Positions 21,176 to 31,169 of a DNA stretch of 64,000 nucleotides are shown piece by piece; position 1 is the first letter of the stretch; every line of letters starts with the position of its first letter. The stretch covers positions 1,760,001 to 1,824,000 of the forward strand of contig OZ245777.1 of NCBI GenBank assembly GCA_965227775.1, in the 5' to 3' direction. The translations under genes and the position numbers were made by a program. The DNA is from Phycisphaerales bacterium (GTDB taxonomy: Bacteria > Planctomycetota > Phycisphaerae > Phycisphaerales > UBA1924). The notes below the pieces were generated by a model. It had not been told where the DNA came from. It ran no database searches and worked only from the letters and a program-made list of their open reading frames with translations.

Positions 21176-21241
21176 GAACACCCCTCCGTGGGAATCCGTG
21201 AGCCGACCGGGACGACCAGCGAGCATAGTGTAGTCAGAGGA

Positions 21242-23731
21242 ATGTCCAAAACCCAAACAAAACAAGCCGCCGCGAGCGTGCCGACGCTCGACCGCCTCCG
21301 CGGCTGGTTTGCCGACCGCGGCTGGCAACCGCACGAATTCCAGGAACAGGCGTGGGCACTCCAGGGCGAGGGCAAGAGCGGCCTGATCCTCGTGCCCACG
21401 GGCTCGGGCAAGACCTATGCCGCCTACTTCGGCCCGTTGGCCGCCCTCGCCGACCAAGTGACCGACCCCCGCAAACTGTCAATCCTCTATATAAGCCCAC
21501 TCCGCGCGCTGTCTCGGGACATCGAGCAGGCCCTCCGAGCCCCGGTCGAAGACCTCGGCTTGGAGATCTCGGTCGAAAGCCGCACCGGTGATACGTCGAG
21601 CACGGTCCGCAGCCGGCAACGGCGAGGCCTACCCAACGTGCTCGTGACCACGCCCGAGTCGCTCTGTCTGCTTCTCACGCAGGCAGACGCAAAGCAGAGG
21701 TTCACCGGCCTTCAGGCCGTCATCGTCGACGAATGGCACGAGCTGCTCAGCAGCAAGCGCGGCAGCCAGGTCGAGCTGGGGCTGGCTCGCCTCCGCCGTT
21801 TTGCGCCGGGCGTCCAGACGTGGGGCCTGAGCGCCACGATCGCCAACGCCCCAGAGGCAGCGTCGGCGCTGGTCGGTCCCGATGCCCAGCCCGAGATCGT
21901 CCGAGCGCCCATCGATCGCCCCGTCATCGTCGAGTCGCTCCGGCCGCAGAACATCCGCCGATTCCCCTGGGCTGGGCACATGGGCCTGGCGATGCTCGAC
22001 GAGGTGCTTGCCTACCTCGACCCCGACCAGCCGACGCTGCTGTTTACCAACACACGCTCGCAAGCGGAGAGGTGGTTCCACGCCATCTCCATCAAGCGGC
22101 CGCAGTGGGAGGGCCGGCTTGCGCTGCACCACGGCTCGATCAACCGCGAGGAGCGCGAGCGTGTCGAGCTGGGGGTGAAGAACGGCGATGTCGGCATTGT
22201 CGTGTGCACCAGTTCGCTCGACCTTGGTGTCGATTTCGCGCCCGTCGAGCGTGTCGTGCAGATCGGCTCGCCCAAGGGCGTCGCGCGACTCATGCAACGC
22301 GCAGGGCGCGCGCGTCATCGGCCGGGCGAGCCCTGCGAGATCGTGTGCGTGCCCACCAACGCCCTGGAGTTGCTGGAGATCGCCGCCGTCCGCGACGCGA
22401 TCGATGCCGGCGCCGTTGAGCCTCGCGATCCGGTGAATCAGCCGCTGGATGTGCTGGCCCAGCATATGGTGACCGTGGCGCTCGGTGGCGGCTTCGATGC
22501 CGACGACCTGTTCGACGAGGTTCGCTCGGCATGGTCGTTCCGTGATCTGTCGCGAGAATCTTTCGATTGGACGCTGCTGCTCGTGACCCAAGGCGGCGCG
22601 ACGCTCAGTGCCTACGAACGCTTCCACAAGGTCGAGTTGGTCGAGGGCCTGTACCGCGTGCCCAACAAGCGCATCGCCCAGATGCACCGGCTCAACGTCG
22701 GCACGATCACGGGCCCAAGCACCATCGAGCTGCGTTTTGCCGGCGGGCGAAGCCTGGGGCACATCGAGGACAGCTTCGTCGGGCGACTCCGGGAGGGCCA
22801 GCACTTCAATTTCGCCGGCCAGACGCTTCGCTTTGTTGGCGTGCGCAACGAAGTTGCGGTCGTGCGCAAGGGCACGAGGCAGACGAACCTGACCCCTATA
22901 TGGGGCGGCACGCGACTGCCGATCAGCGAAAGCCTGTCGCAAGCCGTGCGGCAGTCGCTCGAGCATGCCTCACGCGCCGTCCAGACTGGCGATGCCGATG
23001 GCCTGCCAGTGGAGCTCGAGGCATTCCTGCCGGTCGTGGCGGTCCAATCGCATCGGTCTGAGGTTCCAGGGGCCGACGAGGTCTTGTTCGAGTTGCTCGA
23101 GAGCCACGATGGGTTTCGGTTGCTGGTGTACCCCTTCGAGGGCAGGCTCGTGCACAGCGGGCTGAGTGCCTTGCTTTCTCTAAGGCTCGGCCGCATCCAG
23201 CCGGCGACGTTCACGACAACCTTCAACGACTACGGATTCGAGTTGCTATGCCCCGAGCCGTTCCCCTACGACGAGCACCTGGCGCCAGACCTGTTCTCGC
23301 GCGAGAACCTGGTGCATGATGCGCTCGAGAGTGTGAATAGCGCCGAGCTCGCCCGGCTGCAGTTCCGCGAGATTGCGCGCGTCGCCGGGCTCGTGTTTCA
23401 GGGCTATCCCGGTGCGCGAACGCGGGCTGCGGGCAAGCACCTGCAGGCTTCGAGCGGGCTGATCTTCGACGTACTCAAGGAGTTTGACCCCGATCATCTG
23501 CTGCTCGCCCAAGCACGGCGAGAAGTCCTGGACAATCAGTTCGAGCAGGGGCGACTCGCGGCGGCGCTCGATCGCATCGCGTCGAGTCGGTTCAATGTCG
23601 TGCGGGCCGACAAACCCAGCCCGCTGGCGCTGCCGCTCATCATCGAGCGCATTGGTACGCAGACGATGTCGAGCGAGGACCTCGAGTCTCGCCTCGCGCG
23701 CATGCAAGCAGAGATGCAGGCCGACCTATGA
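21242..23731 (+). CDS. lhr: Ligase-associated DNA damage response DEXH-box helicase (Lhr-core)
   Basis: PTGSGKT, YISPLRAL, VDEWHEL, SAT, HHGS, SSLDLGVD, QRAGR and FREIARVAGL. Confidence 0.9.
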   Translation: MSKTQTKQAAASVPTLDRLRGWFADRGWQPHEFQEQAWALQGEGKSGLILVPTGSGKTYAAYFGPLAALADQVTDPRKLSILYISPLRALSRDIEQALRAPVEDLGLEISVESRTGDTSSTVRSRQRRGLPNVLVTTPESLCLLLTQADAKQRFTGLQAVIVDEWHELLSSKRGSQVELGLARLRRFAPGVQTWGLSATIANAPEAASALVGPDAQPEIVRAPIDRPVIVESLRPQNIRRFPWAGHMGLAMLDEVLAYLDPDQPTLLFTNTRSQAERWFHAISIKRPQWEGRLALHHGSINREERERVELGVKNGDVGIVVCTSSLDLGVDFAPVERVVQIGSPKGVARLMQRAGRARHRPGEPCEIVCVPTNALELLEIAAVRDAIDAGAVEPRDPVNQPLDVLAQHMVTVALGGGFDADDLFDEVRSAWSFRDLSRESFDWTLLLVTQGGATLSAYERFHKVELVEGLYRVPNKRIAQMHRLNVGTITGPSTIELRFAGGRSLGHIEDSFVGRLREGQHFNFAGQTLRFVGVRNEVAVVRKGTRQTNLTPIWGGTRLPISESLSQAVRQSLEHASRAVQTGDADGLPVELEAFLPVVAVQSHRSEVPGADEVLFELLESHDGFRLLVYPFEGRLVHSGLSALLSLRLGRIQPATFTTTFNDYGFELLCPEPFPYDEHLAPDLFSRENLVHDALESVNSAELARLQFREIARVAGLVFQGYPGARTRAAGKHLQASSGLIFDVLKEFDPDHLLLAQARREVLDNQFEQGRLAAALDRIASSRFNVVRADKPSPLALPLIIERIGTQTMSSEDLESRLARMQAEMQADL

Positions 23732-24405
23732 CCGTCACCACCGGCGACATCTCGATCACGGTGGCCGGGCACGAGCTGCTGCTGATGCACGAGCGTGCGG
23801 TCTATTGGGAAGCACAGGGCTGGCTGCTTGTGGCCGATACGCATTGGGGCAAGTGCCAGGCGTTCCGAAACGCCGGAAGTGCGATGCCAGTCGGCCCGCA
23901 GCAGGCGGACCTCAAGCGGCTCAGCGAGGCGGCCCAACGTGTTGCGGCCGGCCGCGTTGTCGTGCTCGGCGACCTCGTGCACGGCCCGTCTGCATTCGCC
24001 CCGGGCATGGAAGAGCTGATTCGCCAGTGGCGGCCGACGCTGAACTGCGAGCTTGCGCTGGTGCCCGGCAACCACGATCGTGGCATTACCAGCCCGCGCG
24101 GCCGAGCGATGCTCGATGGCTGGGATGTCGTTGTACTGCCCGCGCGGATCGAGATTGATGGTCTGACGTTAACGCACGAGCCGCCCATCATCGCCCGCGG
24201 GTACACGCTGTGTGGTCACGTGCACCCCACGGTACGCCTTCGTGGCCGGGGCGAGCGCGTAAAGCTGCCGTGCTTCTGGCTCGACAATGAGTACCACGCC
24301 CTTGTGCTACCCGCGTTCTCAAGCTTCGTCGATGGCGCCCCGGTCAAGGTCGGGCAGGAAGATGCTCGTTGGGCGACAGCTGGTTCGCGTGTGTGGGCGG
24401 TGTAG
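23728..24405 (+). CDS. pdeM: Ligase-associated DNA damage response metallophosphoesterase/endonuclease
   Basis: VADTHWGK, LGDLVH, GNHD, THEP, GHVHP and LPAFS. Overlaps the lhr stop by 4 nt. Confidence 0.9.
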   Translation: MTVTTGDISITVAGHELLLMHERAVYWEAQGWLLVADTHWGKCQAFRNAGSAMPVGPQQADLKRLSEAAQRVAAGRVVVLGDLVHGPSAFAPGMEELIRQWRPTLNCELALVPGNHDRGITSPRGRAMLDGWDVVVLPARIEIDGLTLTHEPPIIARGYTLCGHVHPTVRLRGRGERVKLPCFWLDNEYHALVLPAFSSFVDGAPVKVGQEDARWATAGSRVWAV

Positions 24406-27400
24406 CGGGCGCAGGGACGCACAGCACGTCACAGAGGTTCGCGGCGACCTCATCGGCGCTCGTCGTGAGCATCGCTAGGTGCGCAACGTCGATGGTGCGA
24501 ACATCAACCGGCCCACGCAGCCATGGGCGCAACCCGTTGGTGTGTGCGTGCCACACCGGTCGTGCGATAGTCCATGTTGGCGTCGAGCGGAGTAACACGG
24601 TTGGCACACGCACGGCTGGCGGTGTCCAATGCCTGAGCGTGCGATGGATGGTCTGCCATGTCTCCCGCCTGGCTTCGGCAGCGCGAGCCTCCTCGCTTGT
24701 CTGCGTTCTCGGTTGTTGAACACCCGGGTTGCTACGCTGACCGAGCGTGCGGACTCTCGCGTTCAGCTTGGCGAGCAACCACGGGATCGTGCGGCTCAGA
24801 TACGCTGGTGCGTACGCGTCGAGCAGCACGATCCGTTGCACGTTGTGGCCAAGGTCTGTCAGTCTCCGCGCCATGTCCATGACCACCAACCCACCGAGGG
24901 AGTAGCCAACCAGCGTGATCGGACCCTCACGACGGTTGGCCAGGGCGTATGAGTGCGTCAATGCTGCGAACCGCGTGAAGAACTTGTCTGCATCGAACTC
25001 ACTCAACTCGTCCATTGCAATGGTCGAAACGTCGAAGGCGAGCATGTCCATCGGAGTTCCGCTGTCATGGAGCTCGTACCAGAGCTTGTAGGCGTCGATC
25101 GCTCGGCCCGCGGAACCGGGTATGGCTACGCACCAGGGTGCCTCACCCGGAGTCTCGTCGGTAGCCGCGCGGGAGAACTCGGCGTAGGGATGCTCGACGT
25201 CGTCGCGGATGCTCTGTGCCAGACCGTCGAGCGTGGGCGTGCGGAGGAACTGGTTGAGCATCAGGCGTCGACCGAGCCGCTTGTGGACCGCGGCGGTAAG
25301 GCGCATCGCGAGCAGGCTTGTGCCGCCGTCCTGGAAGAAGTCGCTGGCCGGGCGTGGCGCGACACCAAGCAGCTCGGACCAGAGCTCTGCGAGCACCATT
25401 CGATCTCGCGTCGATGCACCACCTGTTGAAGTCTGAGCTTCGCTGAGTGCAACTGGCGGACTCGTAGACTGTAGGTCGCCCTTCAGGAGGATGCCAACGA
25501 CTTGATCGGCAAGGTGGCCGAGCCCCTGGGCTGCAAAGTGAGACCCAGAAGCCTCGATCCACAATCGAAGCCCGCTAGGTCGACGCTCGACGTGCAGGCA
25601 AAGCCCAAACCGAGCTGCTGGCTGTGGAATGTTGATGGGTCTTGCCAAGGAACTTCCGAACGGATGCGGCCGGTCATCTATGTATCGGTAGGTAAGCCCG
25701 AATCGCGTGGCGTCTCCAGCGCGCTCAAGTGCGGACGATCGAACTCGGTCGATCAGGGACTCGAGCGGCAGCGCTCGCTCCTCTTGGCCATCGAGCATTT
25801 GGCGGTGCAGGCTTTGTGCCACATCTACGAAGGTCTCGCCCGATCCCTCCATCGGGCGCATATCCAAGCAGCAGCCGACAACTCGCTGGAGGTCTTCTCC
25901 TGGTCGGCGCGCAAATGGAGTCATGAGCCATCGCCCGGGGGCGCCATACTGCGAGCGCAGCGTCAAGCCGAACGCCGCTGCAATCAGTGCCGGAGGCGAA
26001 ACGCCGATTGCCTCGGCTCGAGCGTCAAGTGATGCCTCGGTGAGCAAGTCACGTTCGATTTCGAAGACTCGACCTGCCTGCGGCCCCGTTGGCGGGAGCT
26101 CAGCGGCCGGTGGAGCACCGTGGCTGATGCGCGTTGCAAGATCGGCAACCAACCCGTCATCCATCATCGCCTGTTCGGCAGCAACAAACGCGGAGTAGGG
26201 CGGTGCTGGTTCGAGGGCGTTGCCCCTGAGCAGAGCATGTAGCTCACTCGTCACGATATCGAGCGACCATTCATCGATGGCGGCGTGGTGGAACACCATG
26301 AGTATGAGCTGCGAGCCGTCAGTCATTGGCCAGACATGCATTCGCGCTGGGGGATCGTCTGGGCCGATCGTGCGTGAGATCGCTTGGTGGACTCGTGGAT
26401 CGCCCGGGTTGGGCGCATCGAGGCGGTCATGTTCGGCGTGGAACACCCGAGCCAAACGGGGGTTGTGTTGGGCGAGTGAGGGGCCAGTGTCGGTGAACAC
26501 GACGCGCTCGCGTAGCGCGTTGTGACGCTCGAGCAGCGTGAGCCATGCTTCGCGGAGGCGATCCACATCGACAGCCTGATCGACATGCAGCGCGTGGTGG
26601 ACGAGCATGGCAAGTCCTGTGCCATCTCGCTCGTGCTCAAGGCTCGCACGACGACGAATATCCCCAACCTGGGCGGTCGTTTGGCTTCTCGGCGCTGTTA
26701 CCGATCTGGGCAGATCTGGAAATACGCGGGCGATGTTGTCGATCGTCTGGTGCCGAAGGATCTGGGCGGCAGTCAATTCGACGCCCAGGTCACGCCGAAC
26801 GTCGGCGCTGATGCGCATGGCAACAAGCGAGTGACCGCCCGCCTCGCGAAACGCCTGGTCCGGGCGGATGGGTCCGCCAAGTCGATGCGAGAACATGTTG
26901 ACGAGCGTCGTCGCGAGCCCGCTGGCAGAATCCGAGTCTTGGGGTTCCTCCCGTTCAAGTTGTGCAACGAGCGCGTTTCGATCGACCTTGCCCGATGAGC
27001 CCATGGGCATCGCCTGTACCGCTACGAAACGGTCGGGCATCTGGGTGGGTGCGAGCCGCATCGCTAGCGCTTCGCGCACGGTCGTGGCGGTCGCATCACC
27101 TTCGGCGATGAAGAACGCGATCATGCGTCTGGTTTCCGCCGTGTCACCGGTGACCGCAACAGCCGCTTGCTCGACGCCTTGGCACGAAGCCAACAGGGCC
27201 TCCACGCCGTCGGGTTCGACGCGGTGTCCGCGGATCTTCACTTGGCGATCGACGCGGCCCTCGAAAACGGCCGCGCCGTCATCTCGCAGTCGCACGAGGT
27301 CTCCCGTGCGATACCAGCGCTCGCCGCTCGAATCGACCGGGAACTTCTCGCTCGTCTTCGTTTCGTCGTTGAGATAGCCAATGGCTAGGCCTTGTCCACC

Positions 27401-29845
27401 AACGAGCAACTCTCCTTCACGGAGTGGAGAAGCTGGTGCGTCGGGTCCTTCGCCCGGAGCGATGATGCGCATGGTGCTGCCATTGATGGTTCGACCGATG
27501 GGGATTCGGTCTTGCTGCGCGTCTTTATCAGTGATGGTATGGCAGAGGCTGAAGGTGGTGTTCTCGGTTGGGCCATATCCATGGATGAGGGCCACGCGCG
27601 GGCAGTGCCGCTTGAACTCTCGAATGTGCCGTGCGCTCTCGCGTTCGCCCCCGGTCAGGAGCTGACGCATGTGTGCCATGGACTCTGGGTGCTCATCGAC
27701 CATGGCATTGAACAATGAGGCGGTGAGCCACGTATCGGTGACGCGTCCATCAACCAGGTACGTTGCGAGATCGTCGGTGTTGGGGATGTTCATGGCTTGT
27801 ACCACGCAGCATCCGCCATGCAGCAGCGCTCCCCAGATCTCAAGCGTCGAAAGATCGAACGCGGTCGCGCTCATCACGCCCCAGCGTTGAGTGTGGTCAA
27901 AGGTCGCGTAGTCGGCGAGGTGGACGAGTCTCACGACGCCGCTATGAGGCACCACCACGCCCTTGGGTGTTCCCGTTGTGCCGCTGGTGTACATGATGTA
28001 CGCGGCCGATTCGGGCTGTACCTGGATGTCTGGTTCGTCGCCGGCGCGTGCGACCGTCTGGGGGCCCACCATGCCCGGCTCATGGCCGACGACGACCGGC
28101 GAGCCCAGCGGATCGAGCATGGCTTGGCGTCGTGGGGCATCTGGGTCTATGGGTGCGTAGGCGGCACCGCAACGAAGGACGGCCACGATCGAGATCACGT
28201 AGTCCGCGCACCGTGCCATCACGATGGGCACGGAGTCGCCCACCTTGATCCCACGCTCGCGAAGTTCGCGGGCGAGGGCGGCGCTACTCGCGTCGAGTTC
28301 CTGGTAGGTCAGTTGTCGTCCCGAGGGCCACTCTTCGATCGCAATACGATTGCCGTGCGTGTTGACGACGTGCCGGAAGCGGTCCGTGATGGTGGCAAAG
28401 TCGGTCGCCAGTGCCGACCTGTCGATCTTACCTGTCGTTCCCCGGGGCATGCTCGCGACGGGTACGAATCGTTCGGGTAGCAGTGCTCGTGATACTCGAC
28501 CCGCCAGTTGGCTCCGAACGTCGGTTGCGGTCGCATCGGGCTTGGGCACAAAAAATGCCGTCATGCCCCGCGTCTCGGCTGAGTCTCCGGTCACCGCGAT
28601 CGCGCCTTGCTCGACGCCCGGGCACGCGGCCAGCTCGTGCTCGATGCCGTCGGGCTCGACGCGGTGCCCGCGGATCTTGACCTGGCGATCAACGCGACCC
28701 TCGAACACGGCGGCACCGTCTGCGCGCAGTCGGACGAGGTCTCCTGTGCGATACCAGCGGTTGCCGTTGCGATCGAGAACGAACTTCTTGGCCGTCTGCT
28801 CATCGTCGTGCAGATAGCCGAGCGCGAGCCCCGCGCCGCCGACGAGCAACTCCCCCGTTTTGTCATCCGCGGTTTGATCCGGTGAATCGCCCGGCTTGAC
28901 GATCCGCATGGTGCTGCCGCTGATCGGCTTGCCAATGGGGATTCGATCGCCGGCAGCATCCTCGTTGGTGATGGCGTGGCAGAGGCTGAACGTGGTGTTC
29001 TCGGTGGGCCCGTAGCCGTGGACCAAACGAACGCCTGGGTTATGCTGCTTGAATCGGCGCACGTGGGGAACGCTCTCGCGCTCGCCGCCGGTCAGGAGCT
29101 GGCGCATGCCGGCCATCGCGTGCGGTTGCTCGTCGACCATTGCGTTGAAGAGGGAGGCTGTCAGCCACGTATCGCTGACCCGTCCCTGAAGCAGGTAGTC
29201 CGCGAGGTCGCCCAGGCCCGGGGTCTCCATTGCTTGCACGACGCAGCACCCGCCGTGGAGCAGGGCGCCCCAGACCTCGAGCGTGGAGGCGTCGAACGCG
29301 ACAGCGCTCATCATGCCCCAGCGACGTTCGGGACCGAACTCGGCGTAGTTGGCATCGACGACGAGCCGGACGACAGCGCGGTGCGGCACGACCACGCCCT
29401 TTGGTTGGCCAGTCGTGCCGCTCGTATACATCACGTACGCGGGGTCTTCGGGAGAAGCGTCGACCCAGGTTCGTGCGTTCGGCTGCGTGGCATTTGTAGG
29501 ATCCAACATGCCCGGCTCGGTGCCGATGACGACGGGGGCGTTTAGCGGCTCGAGCAGCGAATCGCGTCTCGGTGCCGCGGGATCGATCGGCGCGTATGCC
29601 GCGCCGCAACGTAGGATGGCGACCACGGCGATCAGGAAGTCGGCGCAGCGTGGCATCACCAGCGGCACGAACGAATCGGGCGCGACGCCACGCTGCGAAA
29701 TCTCGGCCGCGAGCGCGCTGCTCGCCGCGTCGAGCTCGGTGTACGTCAGCGTGCGGCCGCTTGGCCACTCTTCGATGGCAACGCGATCGCCGTAGCGATC
29801 AAACGCGGAGCGCAGGGCCTGGGTGACGGTGCCGCCGGCGGGCAT
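24344..29845 (-). CDS. Stand-alone non-ribosomal peptide synthetase, domain order A-A-T-C-T-TE
   Basis: Two full A domains (YTSGTTG.PKG, YGPTENT, YRTGD, QVKIRGHRVE, GK[IV]DR), T motifs GGHSL and GGTSL, C motif HHAAIDE and TE motif GYSLGG. SD GAGAGG precedes ATG 29845. Confidence 0.92.
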   Translation of the reverse strand: MPAGGTVTQALRSAFDRYGDRVAIEEWPSGRTLTYTELDAASSALAAEISQRGVAPDSFVPLVMPRCADFLIAVVAILRCGAAYAPIDPAAPRRDSLLEPLNAPVVIGTEPGMLDPTNATQPNARTWVDASPEDPAYVMYTSGTTGQPKGVVVPHRAVVRLVVDANYAEFGPERRWGMMSAVAFDASTLEVWGALLHGGCCVVQAMETPGLGDLADYLLQGRVSDTWLTASLFNAMVDEQPHAMAGMRQLLTGGERESVPHVRRFKQHNPGVRLVHGYGPTENTTFSLCHAITNEDAAGDRIPIGKPISGSTMRIVKPGDSPDQTADDKTGELLVGGAGLALGYLHDDEQTAKKFVLDRNGNRWYRTGDLVRLRADGAAVFEGRVDRQVKIRGHRVEPDGIEHELAACPGVEQGAIAVTGDSAETRGMTAFFVPKPDATATDVRSQLAGRVSRALLPERFVPVASMPRGTTGKIDRSALATDFATITDRFRHVVNTHGNRIAIEEWPSGRQLTYQELDASSAALARELRERGIKVGDSVPIVMARCADYVISIVAVLRCGAAYAPIDPDAPRRQAMLDPLGSPVVVGHEPGMVGPQTVARAGDEPDIQVQPESAAYIMYTSGTTGTPKGVVVPHSGVVRLVHLADYATFDHTQRWGVMSATAFDLSTLEIWGALLHGGCCVVQAMNIPNTDDLATYLVDGRVTDTWLTASLFNAMVDEHPESMAHMRQLLTGGERESARHIREFKRHCPRVALIHGYGPTENTTFSLCHTITDKDAQQDRIPIGRTINGSTMRIIAPGEGPDAPASPLREGELLVGGQGLAIGYLNDETKTSEKFPVDSSGERWYRTGDLVRLRDDGAAVFEGRVDRQVKIRGHRVEPDGVEALLASCQGVEQAAVAVTGDTAETRRMIAFFIAEGDATATTVREALAMRLAPTQMPDRFVAVQAMPMGSSGKVDRNALVAQLEREEPQDSDSASGLATTLVNMFSHRLGGPIRPDQAFREAGGHSLVAMRISADVRRDLGVELTAAQILRHQTIDNIARVFPDLPRSVTAPRSQTTAQVGDIRRRASLEHERDGTGLAMLVHHALHVDQAVDVDRLREAWLTLLERHNALRERVVFTDTGPSLAQHNPRLARVFHAEHDRLDAPNPGDPRVHQAISRTIGPDDPPARMHVWPMTDGSQLILMVFHHAAIDEWSLDIVTSELHALLRGNALEPAPPYSAFVAAEQAMMDDGLVADLATRISHGAPPAAELPPTGPQAGRVFEIERDLLTEASLDARAEAIGVSPPALIAAAFGLTLRSQYGAPGRWLMTPFARRPGEDLQRVVGCCLDMRPMEGSGETFVDVAQSLHRQMLDGQEERALPLESLIDRVRSSALERAGDATRFGLTYRYIDDRPHPFGSSLARPINIPQPAARFGLCLHVERRPSGLRLWIEASGSHFAAQGLGHLADQVVGILLKGDLQSTSPPVALSEAQTSTGGASTRDRMVLAELWSELLGVAPRPASDFFQDGGTSLLAMRLTAAVHKRLGRRLMLNQFLRTPTLDGLAQSIRDDVEHPYAEFSRAATDETPGEAPWCVAIPGSAGRAIDAYKLWYELHDSGTPMDMLAFDVSTIAMDELSEFDADKFFTRFAALTHSYALANRREGPITLVGYSLGGLVVMDMARRLTDLGHNVQRIVLLDAYAPAYLSRTIPWLLAKLNARVRTLGQRSNPGVQQPRTQTSEEARAAEARRETWQTIHRTLRHWTPPAVRVPTVLLRSTPTWTIARPVWHAHTNGLRPWLRGPVDVRTIDVAHLAMLTTSADEVAANLCDVLCVPAPATPPTHANQLSPNEHLPARP

Positions 29846-29960
29846 TGGTCCTCTCTCGGTGACATCGATGGGGCGACGGGCCGCACCATCACTTTCGTCC
29901 AGATAGGCTACCAACATTGGCCAAACTGACGCTGCTCCAGCGTGGTCGAGTCGAGCGGGA

Positions 29961-31139
29961 TCAGGGCGATCTGGCCGTTTCGATCCAACCTCCGCCCAGC
30001 ACCACGTCGGGCTCTTCGGCGTCAAAGAGCACGGCGGCCTGCCCCGGGGCGATGGCCCGCTGGGGCTCGTCGAATCGCAGGGCAAACCGGCCGCGGCGGC
30101 CAGAGGGGGTGGGGCGGTCCCCCTCAATCAGGTGGGTGATCGTCGCCAGGCACTCGCTGCCGTGCGCACGGTATCGGACGAGCACACGCTGGCCGCCCTC
30201 CGGCTTGGGGGCCAGCCAGTTCGCTTCACCAACCTCGACCGACTCGCACTGCAACGCGTCGGACCCGCCCACGGTGACGGTGTTGGTGGTGGGGTCCTTC
30301 GAAACAACGTAGAGCGGCTCGGCCGCTGCGATGCCCAGGCCGCGGCGCTGGCCGACGGTGTAGCGGTGCTGGCCGGCGTGCTCGCCCAGGGGCTTGCCGT
30401 CGATGGTCAGCACCGAGCCCGCACCGACGAGTTCGGGCCGGCGTCGCTCGACGAGCCCGGCGTAGTCGTCGTCGGGCACGAAGCAGATCTCCTGGCTGTC
30501 GGGCTTGCTGGCGACGTTGAGCCCCAGCGTGCTCGCGGCGTCGCGGACCTGCTGCTTGTCCTCGAACTCGCCGATCGGAAGCACCATCTCGGTCAAGCGA
30601 TCGCGTGGGGCGCCAAAGAGCACGTAGCTCTGGTCCTTGGCGTGGTCCCGGCCGCGCATGAATCGGGGCTCGGCGCCGCTCCGATCGACGCGGGCGTAGT
30701 GGCCACTGACGACCACCGAGGCGCCCACCGACTTTGCGTACGAGTGCAGCTTGCCGAACTTCAGCCAGTCGTTGCAGCGCACGCAGGGGTTGGGCGTTCG
30801 GCCCTGGGCGTAGGCGTCGACGAAGTAGTCAATGATGCGGCCGAAGTCGTCCTTGAAGTTGCAGACGTAGAGCGGGATGCCCAAGTCGGCGGCGACGAGC
30901 CGAGCGTCCTGCGCGTCGTTGATGGAGCAGCAGCCGCGGTGGCCGATCTTCGTATCGCCGTCGAGCTGCTCATCGGGCGAGCCCAGGCGCATGAAGCAGC
31001 CGACGACGTCCCATCCTGCGCGCACCATCGCCGCCGCTGCGACTGCGGAGTCGACGCCACCGGACATCGCCACCAGGGCCTTTCGGCCTTCGGCGGGCGG
31101 GATGGCGCTCAGGACATGATCGGGAATATCGATCGCCAC
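29961..31139 (-). CDS. mnmA: tRNA 2-thiouridine(34) synthase
   Basis: AMSGGVDS, TPNPCVRCN, GHYA, KDQSY, DSQEICF, YTVGQRRG and PGQ. Confidence 0.96.
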   Translation of the reverse strand: MAIDIPDHVLSAIPPAEGRKALVAMSGGVDSAVAAAAMVRAGWDVVGCFMRLGSPDEQLDGDTKIGHRGCCSINDAQDARLVAADLGIPLYVCNFKDDFGRIIDYFVDAYAQGRTPNPCVRCNDWLKFGKLHSYAKSVGASVVVSGHYARVDRSGAEPRFMRGRDHAKDQSYVLFGAPRDRLTEMVLPIGEFEDKQQVRDAASTLGLNVASKPDSQEICFVPDDDYAGLVERRRPELVGAGSVLTIDGKPLGEHAGQHRYTVGQRRGLGIAAAEPLYVVSKDPTTNTVTVGGSDALQCESVEVGEANWLAPKPEGGQRVLVRYRAHGSECLATITHLIEGDRPTPSGRRGRFALRFDEPQRAIAPGQAAVLFDAEEPDVVLGGGWIETARSP

Positions 31140-31169
31140 GTCAGATTCTAGTGGAGCCGGACGATGGGA

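Noticed and set aside
21164..21457. Overlapping N-terminal extensions of addB and lhr in the ORF track
   Set aside because: SD-supported starts at 21175 and 21242 remove the overlap.
15396..24405. Helicase/nuclease cluster as an anti-phage defence system
   Set aside because: Motifs and gene pairing match the housekeeping AddAB and Lhr-PdeM repair genes.
29846..30127. Longer NRPS N-terminus given in the ORF track
   Set aside because: It overlaps the mnmA 3' end. The SD and the alignment with A2 place the start at 29845.
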